Assembly (NCBI RefSeq): GCF_006345805.1 | Contig: NW_021831893.1 | Location: 1 to 34,146, forward strand | Direction of reading: 5' to 3' | Source of the DNA: Octopus sinensis | Lineage: Eukaryota | Length of the DNA: 34,146 nt | Shown here: positions 21,906 to 33,699 of the stretch, piece by piece | Numbering within the stretch: the first letter of the stretch is position 1 | Layout of the letters: each line of letters opens with the position of its first letter | Notes under the pieces: model-generated | Seen by the model: only the letters and a program-made list of their open reading frames with translations | Databases searched by the model: none | What the model was told of the DNA's origin: nothing | Translations under genes and position numbers: made by a program

Positions 21906-22207
21906 ATTCTATACATATACATAGCATATTACATACTTCATTCATACATACATACATATATAAATATACATGAATACTTACATAGATATACATACACATA
22001 CATGCATACATATATAGACATACATGCAAACATACTATACATACATATACATACATACATACATACATACATACATACATACATACATACATACATACAT
22101 ACATACACATAATGCGCTCCACAATGAATTTGGGCGTTCTTGCGTTTTAGATTTAAGAAGTAGTTCCTAACCGCGCTCTTTACAAACGTGCACACCACTT
22201 ACACGGG

Positions 22208-22219
22208 TGCGCATGCGCA
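22208..22219. promoter_or_regulatory. Perfect NRF1/Ewg-type palindrome TGCGCATGCGCA
   Basis: Exact 12-bp consensus at the edge of a short unique island (22105-22220). Confidence 0.25.
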
Positions 22220-22648
22220 TTCACATTTATAGAAATGTAAATATGTGTATGTTGTGTGTGTGCATGTGTGTGAGAGAGAGAGGGGAGAGAGAGAGACAGA
22301 CAGATAGACAGTACACAATTGCATACATTCAATCAGGTGCATATCATTAATACTTTTCTACATAGAAACACTTATGCACTTATACACAAATAAATACACA
22401 CACATACATACATACATACATACATACATACATACATACATACATACATACACATACCACGCACACACACTCACACAAACAAACACATACATAATTTCTC
22501 TTGACCTCCATGTTTCCACATACACACATATGGACATATATACACACATACATAACTACATATTAGTGTACATTTATAACTGCACACTTACTGATATTCA
22601 CATCCACTTCTGCATATCCTTAACTATACACTTATACAATACCGGATT

Positions 22649-22736
<88 letters not shown>

Positions 22737-23144
22737 CTGATAAATTCATCCTGAAGTATATGCATATGTGATTAATAACTCAAGAGCTAAGAGCGGGCGT
22801 GTATGTGTATATGTGCGTATATGTATGAATTTTAAACAAATTTATATGTATATTTTCAATAAAATATACCTAAAGATAATGAGAAAATGTCTAAAATACA
22901 TGGAGTTTTACCAGGGAATGAAACTTCGAAGATATACTGTCAAATTTATTAGTATTATTTAGTAGATAATCTTTTAATGTGAAGTATGTTTGTCTGTGTT
23001 TTGTTTAACCCAGGGTAGCAGACCCATTGCATAGCGTTTTCTTCTTTCTGAAATGCTATAAATCTGTTTTTCTTTTGATGAAAGGGTGTGTTTTAAGAGT
23101 GATTTGGCTGTTATTTCTAGTAACTCATGTTACCACAGAGACAC

Positions 23145-23261
<117 letters not shown>

Positions 23262-23720
23262 TGTGTTTTGTTGTGGTGAAAAAGTACTTTTTCCCAAAAT
23301 ATTTTGCACAATAATTTTCGTAAGAAATCTGGACATCTTTCTTACAGCTAACCATTCGACTTCGAATTACAATTGTTAATTGTTGGAAGTCAATTAGACT
23401 GAGATGTACATATGGTGTTATCGTATACAGTGAATGCTCAATACGAAATTTTGAACTCATTATCTTGTGGTTAGTAATCAATTACCTTAAATTTGAAGCT
23501 ATTAAGTCTTTAAACATTTTAATGGGTTTAGTCTTTCGACTGTCGCCATGATGGTATATCACCTTCAAAAATTTAATTGATCATACAGACCTCAGTACGT
23601 ATTTCAATCTGGCATTTATTTTATAGAACTCTGCTTGGTGAATTGCTGACACATAGTGGGACACAATACTCGATTTAACAACAAATGGAAACACACACAC
23701 ACACACACACATACACGTAT

Positions 23721-24038
23721 TAGGTGCAAGAATGACTGTGTTGTTGAGAAGTTTGCTTCCCAATCACATGGTTCCACGTTCAGTCCCTCTGCATGGTACC
23801 TTGGGCAAGTGTTTTCTACTATAGCCCTAAGCCAACCACAGACTTGCGACTGAATTTGGTAAACGGAAACAGCAGCGTTGTTCATCAGACAATGACCGAA
23901 AAACATGTTTATAAAGAAGAGTTGTTTGCTCCATGCTCTTCGTGTGCCGATAGAATAAGTACTAGGCTTGCAAAGAATAAAAGCGGTACTCCAGCATGGC
24001 CGCAGTCAAATGACTAAAACGAGTAAAAGAATAGAAGA
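23721..24038 (+). mobile_element. Diverged SINE
   Basis: tRNA-like head (..GTTCAGTCCC..), CTTGGGCAAGTGTTTTCTACTATAGCC body, and 3' CCGATAGAATAAGTACTAGGCTT...CTCCAGCATGGCC...AAAAGAATA tail shared with 29560-29745. Confidence 0.75.
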
Positions 24039-24071
24039 ATATATATATATATAGATATATATATATATATG

Positions 24072-24144
24072 TACGTTCACACAAAACCTAAAAGTGTTAT
24101 GAAACACACAAACATACACACACAGACACACACACGCGCGCACA

Positions 24145-24191
<47 letters not shown>

Positions 24192-25285
24192 ACAGAAGCA
24201 AATAGACACCTCATAAAACATTGTTCTATACTTATTTTAACTTGGAAAGGTTTATGTTTTTTATTGATTGACATTTTTTATGTTTCAGGTTTTATATATG
24301 ACTGTTTAATCATGCCATGTACAAAAGAAACCTTAGAGCTGTCCGAATTTCACAGAGGCCGTATTGTAGGTCAATCTGAAGGTGGGCTTAGTCAGTGTAA
24401 AACTGCAATAATAAACCTTGGGATCCTGCTTTCTACAGTTAATATACTGATTGTGTAATTCACCAGAGAGGGGAAGGAGTCCACATCACCTCACCCATGT
24501 TGAGCAGGGCCCTCTGACGGAACCCTTCGCTTTGTTAAGGGAAGTATGGATGAAAGATAATCCTGACAGCAGTTGTTGTCAGTCCCAGAACAGTTGTCAG
24601 GTATCTCCACAAACTTGACTCCAATGGTTGAGCGGCAATAAGTAAGCCACTTCTTCAACAAGCCAATATGAAGTGGTAAAAAGATTGGTCCAGTTATATG
24701 GTGGAGAAGTCACTATCATTTTGAGACACTGTCCTATTCGCTGATGAGTCTAGATTTGCTGTATTTTCTGACAAAGATCCAGCGTGGGTCTGGAGACTCT
24801 GTGATCAAAAATTTGAGGTGAAAAGATTGCAGCCAACAATGAAACACGACAGCTATTCTGTGATAATCTGGGGAGCAATTTGGAACAATGGTCGATCAGA
24901 ACTGGTGGAATGTGAGAGAAACATAAACTCAGATAAATATGTGTCCATATTGCAGAAAGGACTACTTTCAAGCTTCTTCAGTGGTGAAATGATTAAGAAG
25001 GACTCTTTATTTATGAAAGACGGGATCTTTGTCACACAGCTAAAAAGACCCAAGACTGATTGGAAGACAATGGCATTATAAAGCTTTCATGGCCAAGCCA
25101 GTTACCAGATATGCATCCTATTGAACAACTCTGGGACATAATGGACAGGATATTTCATAAAAAAGAAAAGCCAGATCTTTTGAGATTACTGCATGAAACA
25201 TGGCAAGAAATTCCTGAAGAGAATATTCGTCATCTGATCAGTAGCCTGCCTAATATGTGTGTATGCATAATTATTTATATGTGTG

Positions 25286-25359
<74 letters not shown>

Positions 25360-25383
25360 TGTGTTGTGTGTGTGGTGTGTGTG

Positions 25384-25425
<42 letters not shown>

Positions 25426-25530
25426 TGTGTGTGTGTTGTGTGTGTTCACACAAAACTTAAGAGCGTTATCAAAACCAGGAATATAATGATGGAAAATATT
25501 AAAATATAACCGCTAATTTTCTGTTTTAGA
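24072..25530 (+). mobile_element. Tc1-like (DD34E) transposon fossil
   Basis: ATG at 24312 ([20 protein letters not shown]), FADESRF, VIIWGAIW, INSDKYVSIL, WPSQLPDMHPIEQLW, TWQEIP..IRHLISSLP. Multiple stops and frameshifts. Confidence 0.88.
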
Positions 25531-25634
25531 GTGTACTCTCTTTTTCTGGTTTATAGACATCTAGATGATCATATGTGTGTGGGGGGGTGTATGTATGCAT
25601 GTATGCATGTATGTATGTATAGATAGATAGATAG

Positions 25635-25705
<71 letters not shown>

Positions 25706-26055
25706 CAGACAGTCAGAGTTAAACAGATAGACAGAAAGAGAGATAGATTTGTATGATATGCACAAAACAAATACAACATGCATAAAACAAATACAAAATG
25801 CACTAAAAAATACTAAATAAACAAACAAAAACGGTTAATTTACTGTACATATTTACACATTGCATAATGGTGCTGTGTTGCAAATGTGCAAATGTAGCTG
25901 TACCTTAGACAAACACCAAACACCATCTGATTAGTCGAGAAGAAGATAAAAACAATTAAGACTATTAGACAAACATTTACGAAATAAAGTAGGGCAGATG
26001 AATGTTTGCTACAACTATTGACATTTGTGACGTTTGGGGCTTTTAGGTCAACGTA

Positions 26056-26928
26056 CGAAGTGGTATGACAAAGTTTCCGGACTAGTTGTGTAGCGCGCCA
26101 AGAGATGCCAGCACACTGTTGTATGCGCAGCGAGAGCTAGCAGTGACCTTTATGAAGCAGTGTGCCGGGTGACATCGCTGTGTTTATTTCGCAAGTTGTG
26201 AAATTTGTGTTTTTTTGTGATCATGTGTATGCTGTAGTCTGTGATTTTTGTCATGGACAGGAAGTTGGAGAAAAGAACCAATATGAAATGAAAAAGATCC
26301 GACGAAGTAATGGGTCATACGCACTGTTGCGAGAGGCACGGGCGCTTCGAAAGCGGAAGAACGTCTCTGGAAAACGATGAGCGATCTGGAAGACCTGCCA
26401 CGGGGTTCACCCCCACCTCCGCTGAAATGTGGAGAAAATTCATTGGCTCGTGCATGAGAATCGGCGGAGGACAACCAATGACGTTTTGAAGCGTTTGAGG
26501 TGGTGGGGATATTTGGTGAGAGCGACCGGATCTGTGGAGAGCGAAGAATTAGATTCTTCCCGACAATGCACCCTGTCACCAAGTTCTCCTCGCTCGTGAG
26601 TTTCTCGCCAGAAACAACATGGTATCGCTTCCGCACCCGTCCTCTTCGCCAGATTTAGCACCTGCGGAATTCCATCTTTACCCCCAAGATGAAAACGCAG
26701 TCCCAAAGGTCGCTATTTTAACATTGTTGTCGAAATCCAGAGCGGATCGCAGAGAAAGCCCTTGACTCGCTTAAGAAAAATGACTTCCATGCCGCTGGGA
26801 TGCTGGAACAGGCGTATTGCTCCACGAGGTGACTATTTTGAAGGAGATGATGTTAAAACTTAGGTAAATAAGTTATTTTTTTAAATTATTAAACATTACT
26901 AATTCGGGAACTTTTTAATACCACCTCG
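26056..26928 (+). mobile_element. Internally deleted mariner element with both TIRs and TA duplication
   Basis: TA|CGAAGTGGTATGACAAAGTTTCCGGA ... TTCGGGAACTTTTTAATACCACCTCG|TA. MDRKLEKRTNMK, ENDERSGRP, DNAPCH, PHPSSSPDLAPAEF, GDYFEGD. Confidence 0.92.
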
Positions 26929-27080
26929 TAATTCCATAGGCTAATCACATATATATATATGACCTTCCCGAGTGTCAAACTAATACACCTGCTTGTTGTT
27001 TATACACCTGTCTTCGTCTTTTGTTCTTCTGTAAATTTCAACAATATATATATATATATATATATAATATTATATATATA

Positions 27081-27133
<53 letters not shown>

Positions 27134-27210
27134 CGTGTGGTGTGTGTATTGAATTGAACTAGTTTCAGCTCACCGTTTGATATATATATATATATATATA
27201 TAATATATAT

Positions 27211-27285
27211 AGAAATTCGGGGTGAGTACTTGATAATATTATATATATAATATATATATTAGAAATTCGGGGTGAGTACTTGATA
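27211..27285. repeat. Two identical 25-bp copies AGAAATTCGGGGTGAGTACTTGATA separated by (TA)n
   Basis: 27211-27235 and 27261-27285. Confidence 0.9.
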
Positions 27286-27288
27286 TAT

Positions 27289-27320
<32 letters not shown>

Positions 27321-27349
27321 ATATATATATATATATAATATCTATATAT

Positions 27350-27394
<45 letters not shown>

Positions 27395-27412
27395 ATATAT
27401 ATATATATTATA

Positions 27413-27456
<44 letters not shown>

Positions 27457-27544
27457 TGCATGTGTGCGTGTGTTTGTTTATAAATGTAGGTATATATGGA
27501 TATGCGTCATGTGTATATATGTATGTATGCATGAAGATATATAT

Positions 27545-27970
27545 ATATGGTAGACTCTCCCATCGAAGACGACATATGAGCGTTCAGCTTACCCGAGTGA
27601 CCTGCACAAATGATTTGTTTACAGTGATCAAATGTTCGTGCCGCACATTAGTTTACTCTCTCTATCAAATGGACGTTGTCTGAACAGATGATCGGTGTAC
27701 CATGTGTCAGATAACGAAGTGATCACAGAACAACGTGACGTTGAGTGTTTTGAACAAGAACACAACGTACCACCGGATCCACAAGCTGAAATCATGATCT
27801 CCCGATCGCACTGACTTCAGTGTTCAACTGGTACTTATCGGGGTGAAAGGCAAAGTTGAGCTCGGCAAAGTTGAGCGCGGCAAAATTTGAACTCAGAACA
27901 TAAAGACAGATGAAACGCCGCTAAGCATTTTGGTCAGTGCGCTAAAGTTTCTGCCAGCTCGCCGCTTATT
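27545..27970. mobile_element. Cluster of diverged SINE remnants
   Basis: GTTGAGTGTTTTGAACAAGAACACAACG (antisense SINE body) followed by GGCAAAGTTGAG(x2)...TTTGAACTCAGAAC. Confidence 0.55.
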
Positions 27971-27990
27971 TACGTATATATATTTTTTAT

Positions 27991-28310
27991 TATTTTTTTT
28001 TTTATGCGCCCTTTTCAAGCCTAGCCAGGCTCTGGGCTCGGTTTCCCGGTTTCTATGGCGTATGTGTCCCCCCTCCCCACCTGGACGGGACGCCAGTCCA
28101 TCGCAGCGTTATTCAAGAAACAGGAAGAAAGAGTGAGAGAAAGTTGGGACGAAAGAGTACAACAGGGGTCGCCACCACCCGCTGCCGGTGCCTCGTGGAG
28201 CTTTTAGGTGCTTTCGCTCAATAAACACACACACCGCCCGGTCTGGGAATCGAAACCGCGATCCTCCGACCTCGAGTCCGCTGCCCTAACCACTGGGTCG
28301 TTGCGCCTCC
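27991..28310 (-). mobile_element. tRNA-derived SINE (head H2 + body B2 + tail T2) with A-rich tail
   Basis: GGAGGCGCAACGACCCAGTGGTTAGGGC (A box), GGTTTCGATTCCC (B box), and the TGCGATGGACTGGCGTCCCGTCCAGG motif resembling V/Meta-type SINE central domains. Confidence 0.88.
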
Positions 28311-28745
28311 TACGTATATGTATTAATGATAGTAAATTGACAATGACGTTAGTTCTTTAATGTAAACTTCTATTAACCTAAATTATGTGTATGTGCCTGT
28401 GTGTGCGCATGTGTACGTATGTATATGCATGTATATGTATGTCCTGTATAAATATGTCTGCATGTGAATGTGTGTGTGTATGTTTGTGTGAGGTTATGTG
28501 TGTGTGAGTGCGTGTGTGTGAGTGTATGTGTGCATGTATGTGTGTGCGTAAGACCCATAATTTTGTATTCACCGCCCATCTTTTACCATGGATGTTTCAA
28601 GTGAGGTCTACGTGGCTTAGGGGTTCATCTGACTCCTATTTCAAGCGAAGCTGGTGCCTTGCAGTACCATAATTACATTATATATATATTCATAAACTTT
28701 TCTGCACGTTCATACTTTCGATATATATATATATATATATATGTG

Positions 28746-29056
28746 AGGGCGCGTGGCTTAGTGGTTAGGGCATTCGGCTCATGATCGTAAGGTTGTGAGT
28801 TCGATTCCCGGCGACGCGTTGTGTCTTGAGCAAGACACTTTATTTCACGTTGCTCCAGTCCACTCAGCTGGCAAAAATGAGTTATTGTATTTCAAAGGGT
28901 CAGCCTTGTCACTCTCTGTGTCACGCTGATTACCCCGAGAACTACGTAAGGGTACACGTGTCTGTGGATGCTCAGCCATTTGCACGTTAATTTCACGAGC
29001 AAGCTGTTCCGTTGATCGTATCAGCTGGGACCCTCGTCGTCTAACCGGCGGAGTCT
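28746..29056 (+). mobile_element. tRNA-derived SINE (head H1 + CORE-like body + tail T1)
   Basis: GGCGCGTGGCTTAGTGGTTAGGG (A box), GAGTTCGATTCCC (B box), TTGAGCAAGACACTTT...GCTCCAGTCCACTCAGCTG. Confidence 0.9.
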
Positions 29057-29060
29057 TTGT

Positions 29061-29440
29061 GGAGGCGCAATGGCCCAGTGGTTAGGGCAGCGCTCGCGGC
29101 TCGTAGGATCGCGGTTTCGATTCCCAGACCGGGCGTGTGAGTGTGTATTGAGCCGAAAACACCTAAAAGCTCCACGAGGCTCCGGCAGGGGATGGTGGTG
29201 ACCCTGCTGTCTCTTTCATTCACCACAACTTTCTCTCACTCTTACTTCCTGTTTTCTGTGTACCTGTATTTCAAAGGGCCGGCCTTGTCACTCTCTGTGT
29301 CACGCGCTGAATATCTCCGAGAACTACGTTAAGGGTACACGTGTCTGTGGAGTGCTCAGCCCTACACGTTAATTTCACGACAGGCTGTTCCGTTGATTCG
29401 GATCAACCGGAACCCTCGTCGTCGTAACCGACGGAGTGGC
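29061..29440 (+). mobile_element. tRNA-derived SINE (head H2 + body B2 + tail T1)
   Basis: The 5' ~195 bp match the SINE at 28116-28310 (minus); the 3' part (from 29265) matches 28886-29056. Confidence 0.9.
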
Positions 29441-29480
29441 TTCCATTTCAGATATATATATGTATATATATATTTATATG

Positions 29481-29513
<33 letters not shown>

Positions 29514-29559
29514 TATATATAATATTAATATATATATATATACGTATGTATGTATGTGT

Positions 29560-29745
29560 GTGTGTTTGTCCTCTCCCCAACCCGCGCTGGACAAGGGATG
29601 CTGGTGTGTTTATGTCCCCGAACATAACGTTTCGGCAAGAGGACCGATACTAGGCTAGAAAGAATAAGTCCTGCGGTCGATTTCTCCGACTAAAACCTTC
29701 AGTGGTGGTGCTCCAGCGTGGCCATAGTGAAATGATTGAAGGAGG
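29560..29745 (+). mobile_element. SINE 3' fragment
   Basis: GTGTTTATGTCCCCG...GACCGATA..TAGGCT..AAGAATAAGTCC...GTGCTCCAGCGTGGCC...AAAAGAATA. Confidence 0.7.
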
Positions 29746-29754
29746 TAAAAGAAT

Positions 29755-29807
<53 letters not shown>

Positions 29808-29917
29808 CTATATTATATTATATATATATATATACTGCAGTGAACAATGAAAAATAACACAGGGAGGACAAGGTCTAAAAATAGATTATTAAGTTGAGGC
29901 TTTAATGGAAAGAGAAA

Positions 29918-29958
29918 GATCTTATACGTTTCAGACGTTAGTCCTTCATCAGAGAAAA
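29918..29958 (-). ncRNA. Hammerhead motif with intact core and disturbed helix I
   Basis: TCT-CTGATGA-A-GGAC(TAAC)GTCT-GAA-ACGT-A-TAAGA; helix I pairs only if a 2-nt TA insertion is looped out. Confidence 0.55.
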
Positions 29959-30139
29959 CATAAAGGGTGGTGGTGAGAAAGATAAATAGTAAGTGAGAGT
30001 GTGGAATGTAACACACGTACATACAATACCTACATACGCAATAGTTGTGTATGTAGGTACACTATAGTATTGCATGTGACATAACTTTTTTTTCACGTAG
30101 GTCGTTTAAATTGCATATATAGGTGGATTAATTCTACCT

Positions 30140-31070
30140 CTATACAAAAATCCTACTCAACATAGTCTCCACCGTAAGGTAATGCATTCGTACCGTCGTC
30201 GAAGCCAGATTTCCAATTAGCTTTGAAAAAAAATAATTGAAGTGTGCTCTTTTGGACTGACTTCTTCATACCCATTTTTATTTGCGCTGCATCATCAAAT
30301 CGCTGTCCTCGAAGACTGCTCTTCATTGAACCGAACATGTGGAAACTGGAGGACCCCAGATCCGGGCTGCACAATAGATAGGAGCCACAGCTTAGTCTAA
30401 TTTGCTGTTTGCCCGATGTATTGCTAAAAAGGTGTGTAGTTACGCATTGTCATAATTAATGTGGATAGTTTGAAGATTTTTGTTAGGTGTCTTCTCCCTA
30501 AACGATTCTCTAAATTTCTTTTAGTGTCTCAATGTACGCTATTCACGATACATCTACGCTCCAGAGAATCAAGGAAAATCATACACCTGTTATCTCTGAA
30601 AACAATCACCGAGACTTTTTGTGCCAATCTTAAACATATTAGACCTTGAAGAAATGATGTGACGCCATTTCACGGACTGAACCTTCGCTTCCATATCATA
30701 ATGATATGATCGCGTTTTATCCCTTGTCACAAGAGTGCAAAAAAAAAACCTGTTTTCACTGATTCCAAATGCTACAGCTATTTACCTGTCCCCACTTCAA
30801 ATCCGATACCAGCTACTAAGTTGAGCATTTTTCATGCACTCTGCACCCGATACCCAAAAACTACCACCATCGTCTGTGATTACGGTCCAGTTGTGCAGCA
30901 AGTTCACGGACTGTGACACTTTTGTCCACACGAATCAATTCGTTCACTCACTGAAGATCCGTGCCAGTAGTCGCGTTCGATGGTCTCCACTAAATGGTTT
31001 GTCTACAATGCTAGTTTCCCTTTCTTAAGCTTCATCTATCAACACATATTGCTTCTGTCAATAGTATCAT
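30140..31070 (-). mobile_element. Highly degraded mariner fossil
   Basis: SPDLGSSSFHMFGSMKSSLRGQRF...GDYVE* (C-terminus) and DKPFSG.HRT HTH-region remnants near 31010. Confidence 0.7.
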
Positions 31071-31562
31071 TTCGATAAACAACCGGTAGTCTTCTATGGA
31101 CGTCGGATGACTTGCAACTCTCCTTTGTCGTGGACTCAGCAAGAGAGCGTTACGTCTACTTGGCAGCTATTAATTGCCTGCAATGAAAAAGAACAGTAAG
31201 GGGACTTACTGTAGAGTTATTAAATAAGAATACGTTCTCTATCAAACATATGCAATTTGGACGACCTATGTCAGTAAATAAAGAAGTTAAGCCGGGTTTT
31301 GCATTAATTTCAGGACACAATCCTCGTATAAATGTGTGCGTGTGAGCGCATATAAGCACATAAACAGGCGGAATCCACACAAACATTCACGCGCGCGCTC
31401 ATATATACATACGTGCATACATACATACATTATATTTATACATACACACAGAGAACATGGTACACGTAGACGCAGTGTCTAAGTCTCAGTAATTTTCCTC
31501 TATTTGAATTATATCGCTTGTAATTTATATAGACACAGATACACAAGGGACAATCTGACTAT

Positions 31563-31622
<60 letters not shown>

Positions 31623-31676
31623 TAATATATTATATGTATATATATATATAATAGTATATATATATATATAAATATG

Positions 31677-31707
<31 letters not shown>

Positions 31708-31782
31708 TATATTATATATATATTATATATATATATACATACACATATATATAATAACATATACATATATATACATACATAC

Positions 31783-32031
31783 ATTTCCTGATTTCTAAAG
31801 CACGTTCCAACCTACTTACGTCGCTTAATTACAAAGATTTTTATTACAGCAGGTGCACTTAATATAAACAAGGGTGTATACATCTATACTTAGAAAAATA
31901 CACTTACACATACCGCAAACGTACGCACTTTCCGATGTAAGTGGATATGTTATATATTATAAATATATGGATATGTGTACATACATACATGCGTATATAC
32001 CTATGTATGTTGGTATATATAAATACATATA

Positions 32032-32066
<35 letters not shown>

Positions 32067-32325
32067 TTCCTGATTCTAAAGCACGTTCCAACCTACTTAC
32101 GTCGCTTAATTACAAAGATTTTTATTACAGCAGGTGCACTTAAGATAAACAAGGGTGTATACATCTATACTTAGAAAAATACACTACACATACACGCAAA
32201 CGTACGCACTTTCCGATGTAGAGTGGATATGTATATATATTATAAATATATGGATATGTGTACATACGCATGCGTATATACCTATGTATGTGTATATATA
32301 AATACATGTATAGATATATATATAT
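31783..32325. repeat. Tandem duplication, period ~282 bp
   Basis: Copies start at 31783 and 32065 and differ mainly by 1-bp indels. Confidence 0.92.
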
Positions 32326-32436
32326 AATATATATATAGATATATATATAGATAGTATATGGGATATATGATATTGATATATATATACATACACATTTATA
32401 ATATACACTTATATATACGTAATATATCTATATATA

Positions 32437-32489
<53 letters not shown>

Positions 32490-32904
32490 TTATTATTCTT
32501 ATATGTAGAGTTATATATATATGCAAATATATATACACAGACCATGCATGTCTGCATAAACACGCATTCTAACACTCAGACATAAACACACACGCACATA
32601 CACACACATAAACACACACAAACACGCACACAAACTTACAAACACACACACATACACACACGCTACCTAGCATTGAGTTAGCTTTAAATGTTCTGTGAGA
32701 AATGTAGCGCGTAATTTGGTCAAGAATCTCACTGTTTGTGTTGACCGAAGTGTTCCGCATCTTTGGACATCAAAGACTGCACTTATATCGTATGGATGAA
32801 TGCATGTAATGTATGCTTGTATGCATATATATATAATATATATATGCGTATATGTGTGTGTGCTTGTGTATGCATGTATGTATCGCAAACTGATAATACA
32901 TATA

Positions 32905-33582
32905 CAGGGGTTGGACAAAATAATGGAAACACCTAGCATCTTAGCATCATGATTTTGAAATATCTATAAAACCATCAAAAGCTTGTTCATTTTTGTTTTT
33001 TGATTTATTATTTAATAACCAGTTGATCTAGCAAGCGGGGCCTCATATCAGTGAGGGTGGCCGGTGCGCATTGATGCCGTCGAGAGGTAGGCCCCGAAAC
33101 GGCGCGCATTCTTTCCTGATGACCCCATACACTTGCTGGCTTCTGGTATGCGGAATTCTCGACTGGTAGCACTTGCATGTGCAAGTTGTTTGCAAGACAT
33201 GTTGCTTAATATGTTTTGCTAAAATTGCTGTTTCTTATCAGATATCATCAGAAAAAGACAATTAAAATTCATTAAAATGACAGATCTGTCGGACTTTTAA
33301 AGAGGTCAAATTATTGGTGCTCGTATGGTAGGCAATAGTGTAATGAAAACAGCCGAAATGTTTGGTGTATCAAGAAGTATTGTCTCGAAAGTAATGACAC
33401 CCTTTGAGAAAGAGGGAAAAACCTCCTCGTCGAAACAAAACTCTGGAAGAAAACTAAATCTTTCAGATAAGGACCGTCGAACTCTTAAGCGAATTGTTAG
33501 GGAGGGTCACAAAAGTACAGCTCCCAAAATTACTGCAGAGCTTAATGAACACCTCGAGAACCAAGTTTCCACGAAAGCTGTG
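32905..33582 (+). mobile_element. 5' half of a Tc1-like transposon
   Basis: TA|CAGGGGTTGGACAAAATAATGGAAACACC TIR. ATG at 33277: MTDLSDF*RGQIIGARMVG...GVSRSIVSKVM...NSGRK..LSDKDRRTLKRIV; breaks off at ~33582. Confidence 0.88.
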
Positions 33583-33699
33583 TCTATCTGAATAGCTATA
33601 CTGAATTTCTCGTTCCTGAACCTCAGGTAACTGCTAACAGGATATTTGAAGCTGTTTCCAGCTTTAGGTCCTCACTGGGCCTTCTGTTTTTAGATTTGA

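Noticed and set aside
24740-24750. CTGATGAG and, at ~20672, CTGATGA
   Set aside because: These are transposase coding motifs (FADESRF; FHQDN on the minus strand) with no ribozyme helices.
27211-27285. Repeat-spacer-repeat pattern resembling CRISPR
   Set aside because: Only two copies, the spacer is (TA)n, the context is eukaryotic and there are no cas genes.
28746-28810. tRNA-like A and B boxes (also 29061-29125 and 28245-28310)
   Set aside because: They continue directly into SINE bodies and lack a complete cloverleaf or terminator, so they are SINE heads, not tRNA genes.
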